A stretch of 64,000 bases of DNA from Azolla caroliniana (lineage: Eukaryota; Plantae; Polypodiophyta). Position 1 is the stretch's first letter, and every line of letters begins with the position of its first letter. The position numbers and the translations under genes are program-made. Shown piece by piece: positions 51,463 to 61,983 of this stretch. The notes below the pieces were generated by a model. The model ran no database searches, was not told where the DNA came from, and saw only the letters and a list, made by a program, of their open reading frames with translations. Where the stretch lies: positions 9,858,001 to 9,922,000 of the forward strand of contig JBHGNT010000002.1 in assembly GCA_043228905.1 (NCBI GenBank), in the 5' to 3' direction.

Positions 51463-54191
51463 ATGCCGCCCATTAAGAACAAATATTGGGATACATGTTG
51501 CCTCAATGTCGTAAGAAGTCAAACAGGAAATAGGAGTTGGAATTGTAAATTTTGCAATAAACATATGCATGGGTCAGCAACACGAATGATTGCTCATTTA
51601 ATTGGAAAACCTAGCCATGGAGTAACGAAATGTACCAATGTCCCCAAGGAAATGTTGATTGACCTTACAACTTTGTATGGTAATTGTGGAAGCCAAGCAA
51701 TTGGCGAAGAAGAAGATATAGTAGCAGAGATCGACTCATTCAACATGCATGAACAAGGTATAGACACAAGCCTACAATAGGTGTCTTGATTACTAATGTT
51801 TAAATAATTGTAAATTATTTATCTTGAATTTATTTTTCTTTTAGGTGTTTCTACCTCATGCTCGTCTACCTTTGTTGATGAAAGTCAAAGCATGTCATGT
51901 ATGGGTGGTGGTAGTCGCCAACCATATCCACCAGCAATTATAGTGAAACAACAACCGTTGCGTAAAGGACATGTGTTACAAATGCAAAGGAAACAACATG
52001 CAAACGTTATGGAGGTGAGATGTATCATTGAAGCAAATTTGTCATTTAATCTATTAAAAACACCATGTTGGCGGAACATGTTAGAAGCTTTCTCTACAAT
52101 TGGAGAGAAACATAATGGAGTCATATATAATTACATGAGGACGAACGGCTTGAAAAATGAGGTTATATCCTTGCAAGCAAAGTTAGAAAGGGTAAAAGGA
52201 TTATGGCCCAAGTATGGTTGTTCTATATTAACAGATGGATGGGTTGATGTTTCTCATAGGCAACTTGTAAATGTCCTCGTATCATCTTGTTATGGGACAA
52301 TGTTCCTCAAGTCCATTGATTGTAGTCATGCTAATACAACACCAACAGTTGATAGCTCTTGGTTAGCTGAAAGAATTTCAGAGGCAATTAGAGAAGTTGG
52401 TAAGGAAAATATGGTCCAAGTCATTTCAGACAATGCATCTAGTTGTGTCTGCATGGGGTCTTTGCTAGAATCAGAGTTCCCTAATATTGTTTGGACTCCA
52501 TGTGCAACCCATTCTTTGGATCTACTTTTGGAGGACATTGGTCAGCTGCCTTGGATGAAAAGTATTATGTTGAAAGCAAATAATATCGTACGTTTTTTTT
52601 GCAAGAAGAGGAATGCTAGGAAAAAAAATTCTGCTCACAGTAACCTCGCCATCTTGAGACCTTCTAAGACAAGGTTTGGTGTGATGTACCTTGTCATACA
52701 ACATTTGCTCAAAGTTTGGTATCCTCTTGAGAAAACAGTGGTGAGTGACATGTGGAGGTCTTGGTCAAATTGCAATAAGCCAGATGCCATGAATGTAAAG
52801 AACTACATCCTTGATCCTACAACTGAGTCCTCGTTTCAAGTTGTTTTGACCCTAATGGCACCATTGTATAGTGTTTTACGACTTACTGATAGGGAGGGAT
52901 CCACTATTGGTTTGTTATATGAGTTTATGCGAAGAAGCAAAGATGTTTTAGCAAAAGGAGTGGAAGAAAACATCCCCCACAAATCCAAGTAAATTTCATA
53001 TTTATTTTAATTTTTTATGGTTTCCTAGCATTAAACCTCCAAATGTTTTCTCATGTTTTAAGATCAGATCATTTTGTAATTACTAATACCCTTTTAGGTA
53101 CGAAGATGTTTTGAAGTTATTTGACATACGATGGAAATAGTTCAAGAGGCCGATCCACCTTGTAGCTCATTTGCTGCATCCGATGTGGAGAGAGGAGGCT
53201 ACATTTATTAACCCCGAGTTAATGGATGCATGGATGAGCTATACAGAAAAATTGTACTCGACACTTGAATGTGATATCTTATTTTGTGAATTGCATGAAT
53301 ATCGAAATGGTACAGGGACATTTAGCTATGCATTAGCACGTGAAGAGATATCTATGATGACGCTAGTCACATGGTGGGAAAATTTTGGTGGAAGAACTCC
53401 AAAGCTCCAAGCATTAGTTGTCCGCATATTATCCCAAGTAAGTGTCAAGTTTTGAAAAAATGATCAATTTTATAGTTAAGTTCTAAAATACTGCACTTTT
53501 GTGTACTACCTTTTATTTCATATTTTGTTTTCTATTAGGATTGCTCTTCTGGGGCAGCAGAAAGGAATTGGAATGCACATGCTCTCGCACATACAAAAAA
53601 TAGAAACAGACTAAAGGTAGCACAACTTGAACGATTGGTATATGTGCGAGAGAACTTAAGGCTAGTTCGCAAGTTTGAGACTGTGAATGCATCTCGAATG
53701 CAGGTATTGTTTTATTCACTTCTTATAATTTACATTCCTCAAATTTCGTTAAGCTTTTATAAACTTGTTTGCAGGTGAATCCAAATGAGATAGATGTCTC
53801 TAATACTCCTAATATTCCATCTATTAGCCACGAGAATGATATGGATAGAGAATTCGATGAAACTTATTTTCAAGAAACAATGAGCATGAGAAGAAGGACA
53901 AGGAGCATGACAAGATCACATACGACAACATCAAGCGATAGAGTCCCTATTGATCGAATACGGAGGCAGAGGCCAAGAAGAGAGGATGAGCGGTCTTCTT
54001 GTAATAGGAGAATAACAAGATCAAGTACATTTGCTTCTTTACCACCAAATGATCAAGATAATGTCAATGGAATAGAAGAAGCAATTCATACAAATTATGA
54101 TGATCTTACTGACGAAGAACCTATGTTGATGTCATCAACTAACACTGAATCTGATGATGAAGATGGTGATTGTGATGAGGACGAGATCTAA
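51463..54191 (+). pseudogene. hAT transposase (BED finger, DUF659-type core, hATC dimerisation domain), five exons
   Basis: Exons 51463-51780, 51845-52988, 53098-53437, 53539-53703 and 53775-54191 with GT-AG introns; motifs CKFC...HL, ILTDGW, SDNA, PCATHSLDL, WWENFGG...ERNW; in-frame TAG at 51778 and 53138. Confidence 0.9.
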
Positions 54192-57100
54192 TGACTAATA
54201 TTTCTGATTTCTATACATTATTACTAAGCTCAATAGCCATATGTTACTTTTCTTTGATCTAAGCCCATTTTGATACATTGGAGTCTTGGACATAGTTCAA
54301 GTTATGTGTTCTTAGAAGTCAAATATCTGATGTTATGTGTTGTTAAGGTTTTTTTCTAAATTTTGTTCCTACAATGCATTCTATTTCTTTGACAAAATGC
54401 AATGTAAGTGTATCTCAAATATTTGATATTATGTGTTCTGAAGGTTTTTTCCAAATCAAAAGATGTGGTCTTTTCTTCAATAGGTATGTTGCACTTCTTG
54501 TCAAAGTGTTGTTTTTGTCAAAAGTACGATTTTTTTTGTAGAATTTTAGCTTGTCATGACTCATCATGTGAATTCCCTCAATCATGTGAGGGATATACAG
54601 TTTTTGCTTCGTGGCCTTGGCTGTTGTTGTAAATGCCCAACAAGTTTGGGTTTTTTTTTACCTAACAAATATCTATTTGATTTGTTGATTTGTATCCTTT
54701 TGATTCTCATATTTGCTCGATTTGCCGATGCAACTACAGCCATGGAATGCTTCGTTACATTGCATATACACGGTTACAATAATACAATATTACAAATATT
54801 TTTTAAGAAAGTAAATAAATTTCAAATTCTAGAAGTATTTAACGTATTTAATGTACTATACGTATTTTATGTATTTTATAGGTATTTAACATACTAAAAA
54901 ACGTATTTAACGTATTTTAAAATTGGGAGGTACTATACCCGTATTAATACGTTAAATACGTATGGTATCAGTACCGTACCTAACGTACCTAACAACCATG
55001 AACGCAACCCAACCCAACTTGGGAACAGGCCGTGAGCCGTGTGTTGTACTGCCTTGTATCATGCGTTCATGATCACATGCTCGGCTACATTCGGGAGTCG
55101 AAAACACAGAAAGAGGCATGGGGCAATCTCACGAAGATTTTCGTAGCCAGCACGGCTGCACGTAAGCTCCAACTCCGATAGGAGCTAAATAGTATTCAAT
55201 AGAGGGACATGTCAATCGGCAGATCAAGGAGTTGTGCGATGCCCTCGGGTTGATTAATGTCATCATTGACAATGAAGAAATGGTGCAAATATGCCGCGAA
55301 GGCTTGGCACCTTGATTCAGCGCAATAAGGTCGATCGTTCTCTTGAGAGAGAATCCTCCCTCCTTCTTTGATCTCCAGTCGATATTGTTGGTTGAAGAAA
55401 ATCATGTTCGACAAAGGAACAACTCACATGATGGTCAGATGCTCTATTCGAACCTCAATGGAGGAAGAGGACAAGGTCGAGGAAATAGAGGCCGATTCGG
55501 ACAAGGCCAACACAACCAAGAGCAACCCCGTGAAAACAACTTCTACTACCGACAAGACGCGTCAAACGTGCGAGGTGGAGCGTCCAAAAGAAGGGGGAGC
55601 CATCCTACTAGACTAAGTAACAGCCCGATCGAATGCGAGTATTGCGGAAAACTCGGCCACTACGAAGAGGAGTGCCCAAAGAAGAAGTGAGACTTCGTTT
55701 CGACCAGTCGACAACTCACAAATTACGCATTGAATTCTGACTACAATGATCGTAGCGGAATGTTCATGATGAGGTACAAAGCGCACTCAATGGCAACACA
55801 AGGTGAAACAAGCACCATGCCCTCAGATAATGTATGGTTCGTTGACTCGGGAGCGTCCAATCATATGACATCTCATGAAGATTGGTTCTGAGAATTATGA
55901 AAGACCGAACGGCCCGAATATGTCGAAACAGGCGAGACACAACTCATTCAATACGGCATATCAGGAACGTCCCATTTGGAAACAACGGCAAACAAACCTA
56001 CCTCAAAAACGTCCTACATGTCCCAACCATCACGAAAAACCTGGTCTCGGTCGGCCAGATTGTCGAACAAGGCATGCAAGTACGATTCAACATTGACGGA
56101 TGCTTCATTGAAAAAGACGATCGAGTCGTAACTCATGGCCGTCGAGAAGGTCAAATGTTTATCCTTGAGTCGAGCGAGGGGAAGTCCGCTATGTTTGTTA
56201 ATGGCATAAAAAGTCGAAATTGACTTGAAACTATGGCACAAGTGAATTGGCCACATCAAACCCCAAAATATGCAATCAAAAGGAGTCGTAATCGGACTCC
56301 CAAACTTTACCAAGAAGGACATTGTGGGCGTATGCAAGGCATGCCAGTTCGGAAAGCAACGCCGACATCCATTTCCAAAAGTGCGGAATGTGAGCAAAGG
56401 GGACCTAGACGTTGTACATTCAGATGTATGGGGTCCGGCAAAGACAGCCACATTCGGTGCAAGCCTTATGCCAAAACGAGACATGGGATCTCGTTCCTCA
56501 GTCTCCGCACAAGAAAGCGATTGGATATAGATGAATTTACAAAGTGAAACACAATGCCAACAACTCCGTAAATCGCTTCAAAGCACGACTCGTAGCGAAA
56601 GGATACGCACAAACATAGGGAGTGGACTACGAAGAGACATTTGCCCCAGTGGCAAAGATGACAACGGTGCGAACCGTGATCGCACTCGCAACAGTGAAAG
56701 GGTGGCACCTCCACCAAATGGACGTCAAGAACGCCTTTCTTCAAGGCGAATTGGAGGCGGAGGTGTACATGGTACAACCACCTGGCTTTGAATCACGTAC
56801 TCATCCAAAAGCCATGTGCAGACTCAAGAAGCTGATCTACGGTCTTAAGCAAGCACCACGTGCTTGGCATTCGAAGATCACGTAGTATCTTCACCAAATC
56901 GGATTTCGAATGTTGAAATCGGACAACTCCCTGTACATCTAAAATGAGAACCCAGTTTTCATCATCCTATACATGGATGATTTGGTGATCGGAGGACTAA
57001 ATCTAGCCGAAGTCAATACAATGAAATCACTCCTATTTGGCAGATTTGAAATGAAAGATATGCAAGAGCTCCATTACTTTCTTGGCATTGAAGTAATTTG

Positions 57101-57650
57101 GACACTAGTCGGGATCCTGATCTCTCAACGGCACTACGTTCTCAACTTACTCTACAAGTTCGGAATGACCGAGTGCAAACCTATGTCTACTCCTCTTGAC
57201 CGTAATCTCAATCTCGATGTCGATTCTGACACAACCGAGTGCAAGCCAACTCAGTATCGCCAACTAATCGGCAACCTCATCTACCTAACCATCACACGAT
57301 CGAACCTCAGCTATTCTCTCGGCCTACTTAGCCAATTCATGCAAAACCCACGAAATCTCCATCTTGCGCTAAGAGGATACTTCGGTGTGTCAGTGATACG
57401 ATGGATTATGACATTATGTACAAGTTGAATACACTTATTCGACTTGAAGGGTACACAGACGCGGATTGGGCCGGATAAGGATGATAGACGATCGACATCC
57501 GGATATGTCTTCTCCCTCGGTAGCGGAGCGATCTTGTGGAGCAGCAAGAAGCAACCGATAGTCGCACTGTCAAGCACAGAGGCTGAATACAAAGGCACGG
57601 CAGTCGTTGCATGCGAAGCCGTATGACTGAAGCGCGTACTAAAGGATCTG

Positions 57651-58598
57651 TAATAGTATCGACTGAAGGTTGAAAAAGGAGGGAGGGTTCTCCCTTGCAA
57701 GATGGTCAATCTAATCGTGCCAAATCATGGTGCCACGCCGCCAAGGCAAATTTGCACCATCTCGTCATCATTGATGATGACATTGATTGACCCGAGGGCA
57801 TCACATAGCTCCTTAATCTTCAAGGTATAGCTGGTGATTGACATGTCCCTTTGTTGCATGTTATTGAGCTCCTGACGAAGTTGGAGCTTTCGTGCAACCG
57901 TGTTGGACGCAAAAATCTTCTTGAGATTGCCCCAAGCTTCTTTCAGCGTTTTCACCTCTCAAATATAGTCGAGCATGTGATCATGGACACATGATGCAAG
58001 GCAATACAACACATGGCTTGCGGCCTACTCCCAGGCTGGGTAGTTGGCGTGTGTTGGGTTCGGTTGTGTTTCATGAACTCCCTTGATATAGCTCTTATAA
58101 CCTTGTCCAACAAGGTATTGATGCATCTTGTACTCCCAAGATGCGAAGTTTGTCCTATCGAGCTTCTCTGTGGGAAGAGCGCTTCCCATGTGAGTGTTCA
58201 TGATGTCGATTACTTCTCTGTTGCTTGAACCGGTTCTGTTGATCGTCGGTGTGAAGCGCAAGTCAGTTGAATAAACTCGATCAGAAAACCACACACTCTG
58301 ATACCATGTAAATAAAGAGAGACGTAGGTAGTGTTGTGCAACGGAAGTGAGCTCTGTGTGTGTGTGAGTGCATGTAAGGCAAGACAGCGAGAGAAAGAGG
58401 GAGGGGGCTTAGAACAAGAAGCTATACTAGTGAAAAACAAAATTACATCCAACAGTAACTAAGTTACAAAGAGTTGGTTTAAATACCAACTAGTCTAGGG
58501 CAAATGCCCTTTCTACTAATTACAAAACTAGCCTAGTATGATGTCCACTGGCTAGCGTAAACACTATCTCTATGGGAAGTTGAGTTCAGTTCTCAACA
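57651..58598 (-). mobile_element. Copia 5' fragment (family D): LTR 58307-58598, PBS, gag N-terminus
   Basis: ctctgatacca at 58296-58306; MNTHMGSALPTEKLDRTNFASWEYKM; LTR homologous to 48657-48985, inverted. Confidence 0.88.
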
Positions 58599-59507
58599 AA
58601 ACATTACTTCAACAAACTCACCAAGTGTACAAATTCATCAAAGTTTGAGGACCCATCCAGCTTAGATAAGTCATCGAAGTTTGACAACTCCCCGGAAACT
58701 CCTTCCTAGTTTCGGTGTAATTTGCATTCACCTATTTTAAGGTCTAAATTTCAAGATATGTCCAAAAACTCGGTAGATTTAGATTAAAGACCTCATGGAT
58801 ATTGCCGAATTTATTGAAATGGAGTCTCTTGACATGTTAGCATGAGGAACAAAAAATAAACTGAAGTTTCATGTGAATTCGTGAATCATGATATAGTCGA
58901 TGCTGAATTCGGGATCCTTGGGGGAGACGGTGGGGTATGACCAAAGGACGTGTGTAGGTAGGTAGGCAGATGGACTCTTGTGAGAACTCAGCTTCTTTTT
59001 GTCAGTCAAATGCACATCATCATCATTATTCACTCTCTTGATATGTGTATATTCTGCGCTTTCCGAGAAAGCAAAATTTTAAATCTAAATTTGCTTTTTG
59101 TTTTTTGGGAACCGGTTTTCTCCAATAAGAAAAACAAAAAACGCATTTGTTTTTTCTTTAAAACTCTTTCTTGTCCTCTTGGTTATCGAGTGGGGACGGA
59201 ATTAAGAACCTTTTGTTTTTGTTTGCTTATTATTTATTTTAATTTTCCGTTTTGCTTTGAAAACAAAATATCAGCAAAAAGAATTCAAATTAAATAAATG
59301 CGTAATGAAACAAGAAAAAGAAAGGAAAAAACTAACCTTTCTCTTCTTTGTGTTTTTGACATTTGAAGTAGAAACAAAAAAACAGAGAAGACGAGACTCA
59401 AATTCCCATTTCTTTTGTATTCTATGCTTTTAATGTTTCAATTGAATTTTCTAAATGTAGCTACAGATACATATTGGGAGGAGTCAGAGAGAGACAGAAG
59501 AAGGGGC

Positions 59508-59551
<44 letters not shown>

Positions 59552-60065
59552 TGCAATGATTATGTATAAATGAGCAAGCAGCTCACACAGATGGAGATGA
59601 TCATGGCCATAAGGAACTCCTCTTTTCTGCTGAGTCAGAAAAAGAAAGACCTGAATCAACAGGAACACAGAAAAATTTAGCAGAGAGAGAGAGAGAATGA
59701 CAGTGAACCCTCTGTAGTCCACTCCAAGCTGAGAAATAATATATATATGCATATATGCATATGCACAGTGTACTACTATAGAGGAACAGGAGAGAAGAGG
59801 GACAAAAGGGAAGGAAGATACATGTCAAACATATTACCGAGAAACAGTAGAAGGGGGAGGCAGAAAAAAAAAACAGGCATACATAAAGAAGATGTATATG
59901 TGTGAAGAAGGCATATAGGGGAGAGAGAGAGAGAGAGAGAGAAGGAGAAGACATACATACATACATATATGTGTGTGCAAAATTAATGTATGTATGTATG
60001 TATGTATATTGTAGAGGGAGAGAGATTTTGGATTATCAGGGAGAAGAAAAGGAGGTAAGGTGGCT

Positions 60066-60485
60066 ATGGCGAAGAGTAGCGTAGAAGAGGAGAGTTTGGT
60101 TGTGAGTAGTAGTAGTACTAGTAGTAGTAGTAGGGTTTCTTCCAGCCTCGACCAGAAACCGGCAAATACCAATATCAATAGCAATAGGTGTATAGCGGCG
60201 GCGGCGGCGGCGTCATCGTGGAGTGGCGTGGTGAAGAAGGGGTCTTGGACGCCGTGTGAGGATGCCCTACTGCTGGAATTCGTGGAGAGATATGGCGATG
60301 CAAACTGGAACAATGCGCACCTCCTGTTCCCGGGCCTCCGCCGCGGCGGCAAAAGCTGCCGGATGCGATACCGCAACCAGCTCCGCCTTGGCCTGCGCAA
60401 GGGCCCCTTCACACCTGCCGAGCAATTGCTTGTCACCCGCGGTGTCGCCCTCTACGGCAACCAATGGTCCAAGATCGCAGACATG
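60066..60485 (+). CDS. GAMYB-like R2R3-MYB transcription factor, exon 1 (R2 and most of R3)
   Basis: KKGSWTPCED...GKSCRMRY...KGPFT...GNQWSKIADM, then GT donor at 60486; 420 nt, phase-0 intron. Confidence 0.88.
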
Positions 60486-60861
60486 GTACTACTATGTGTT
60501 CTATATATATATATATATATATATATGAATGCTTCCTTCCATGCCTGCTCTTGTATGTATGTATGTATGTATGTATGTATGTATGTACAGCATCAGTCTG
60601 CATTCTTCTTCTTTCTTCATTCATGGTCATCGTCATGGAACCCTAATTTACGTTTTTATTATGCCCTCACAATGCCAATGCCAATGCCATTTCTTACTGC
60701 CCAGTGCTTGTGCTTCTCCTCAAAAACCCTACTTTGCTTTGTTGCTTCATTGTGGTTTGGGATTGGGATGGAATCATGCATTTTATTTCTTACTTCTTGC
60801 AATTGTGGTAGAAAACAAACAAACAAACAACCCCCCCCCCCCCTCTTCCATTCCATTGTAG

Positions 60862-61983
60862 CTTCCAGGCCGAACCGACAATAGCGTCAAGAACTTCTGG
60901 AATGTCCGGCTCAAGCGATTGAAACGCCAACAAGGCATCGAAGACGCGGTGAAACGTGCGAGGTCGTCCGCGGTCACACCCTCGAACCCGACCCATGACC
61001 TAAATCCAAGCCTTAGCTTAATACTAAACCCGAATCCAAATCCGAACCCGAACCCAATGTCACCGTCTTCATCATCCGCTTGCTCATCCATCACGGCCGG
61101 AGGTAGCAATGGAGATAATAAGAGCACCACTCGAACCAGTTCGACCACACACGTGAACACCTCCGTCGTCTTCACGAATGAAGACCCCCAACCCCTTGCA
61201 TGGATCCCTACTAGCTCCATGCTTGTGAAACCCCCCCTCCAAGAAGATGTGACATTAGGCCAATGTGAGCATGTGAAATCCCTAGAGGGCTTACGTTCGC
61301 CCCCGCCGCCTTTCGGTGCACCACACCAACTCCAATTCTTCTCCCACTTGCATATGCCTCCTCATCAACCCATCCATGTGAATGCAATCCAACAAGAGCT
61401 CCCTTCAGTCCAAACACCCCATCGTATCAACTGCCCCCGAGATGAATGCTTACTATCGGCCAATGCATACCACAAGAACACACCCTTAGCGGAGCACGTG
61501 CCTTTGTACCAAGTAACCCACATGAACCGCCCCCAAGATGAGAAGCTCCCTTCAGTCCAATTTTCACACCCCATGAACCCCCCCCAACATGATTGCCTAC
61601 CCTCCATCACACATGTGAATGCACCCGATATTCAGCCTTGTTCGTCTCACATCTTGTGTAGCCCCCCGGACAAAGATCTCTTGGAGGCCTTTGCAACCTC
61701 ACCCTACAACAACAACCATAACAAATACAATTATAACAACGGCGATGACAATGCCTCGTTCCTCACTGATTGTCTTCAAAGCCTAATGAATTGCTCCGAC
61801 GGCTCAAGCTCGCCTTCGTGTTCTAAGCTTCTAGAACCTTTGACTTCAAATTCATCGATCTCTCAATGCCTCGAGGTAGAGATGTCACCCTTCTTTAGTG
61901 GCACACTTGATAGTCTTGTTGTGTCAAGTTCCTTGATGTGGAGATCTATACCCACTTCCACTCCTTCCAATTTCCACTCCTAG
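60862..61983 (+). CDS. GAMYB-like R2R3-MYB, exon 2 (spliced product ~513 aa)
   Basis: AG acceptor at 60860-60861, then LPGRTDNSVKNFWNVRLKR, open to TAG at 61983. A single DBD intron just before LPGRTDN and the ELPSxQ miR159/319 box are GAMYB-clade traits. Confidence 0.88.
   Translation, partial: LPGRTDNSVKNFWNVRLKRLKRQQGIEDAVKRARSSAVTPSNPTHDLNPSLSLILNPNPNPNPNPMSPSSSSACSSITAGGSNGDNKSTTRTSSTTHVNTSVVFTNEDPQPLAWIPTSSMLVKPPLQEDVTLGQCEHVKSLEGLRSPPPPFGAPHQLQFFSHLHMPPHQPIHVNAIQQELPSVQTPHRINCPRDECLLSANAYHKNTPLAEHVPLYQVTHMNRPQDEKLPSVQFSHPMNPPQHDCLPSITHVNAPDIQPCSSHILCSPPDKDLLEAFATSPYNNNHNKYNYNNGDDNASFLTDCLQSLMNCSDGSSSPSCSKLLEPLTSNSSISQCLEVEMSPFFSGTLDSLVVSSSLMWRSIPTSTPSNFHS
61393..61413 (+). promoter_or_regulatory. 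miR319 (miR159/319 family) target site 1
   Basis: caaGAGCTCCCTTCAGTCCAA pairs perfectly with positions 1-18 of miR319 UUGGACUGAAGGGAGCUCCCU. Confidence 0.88.
61540..61560 (+). promoter_or_regulatory. miR319 target site 2
   Basis: gagaAGCTCCCTTCAGTCCAA pairs perfectly with miR319 positions 1-17. Confidence 0.86.

Larger units (their letters stand above)
49232..55000 (+). mobile_element. Complete hAT DNA transposon
   Basis: Exact 8-bp TSD AACGCAAC (49224-49231 and 55001-55008); imperfect TIRs CAACGTTGTTTACGTAC / CATGGTTGTTAGGTAC (reverse complement of the right end); acgtatttaacg subterminal repeats at both ends. Confidence 0.93.

Noticed and set aside
58599-59440. Possible non-autonomous DNA element or MITE remnants
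   Set aside because: TE-like texture, but I could not define TIRs or a TSD.
59470-59730. Possible miR156/529-like sequence in the AG tracts
   Set aside because: Matches are low-complexity only and I could not find a hairpin partner.
60060-60884. 274-aa ORF as the full MYB protein
   Set aside because: It reads through the microsatellite-rich intron 60486-60861; splicing restores LPGRTDN.
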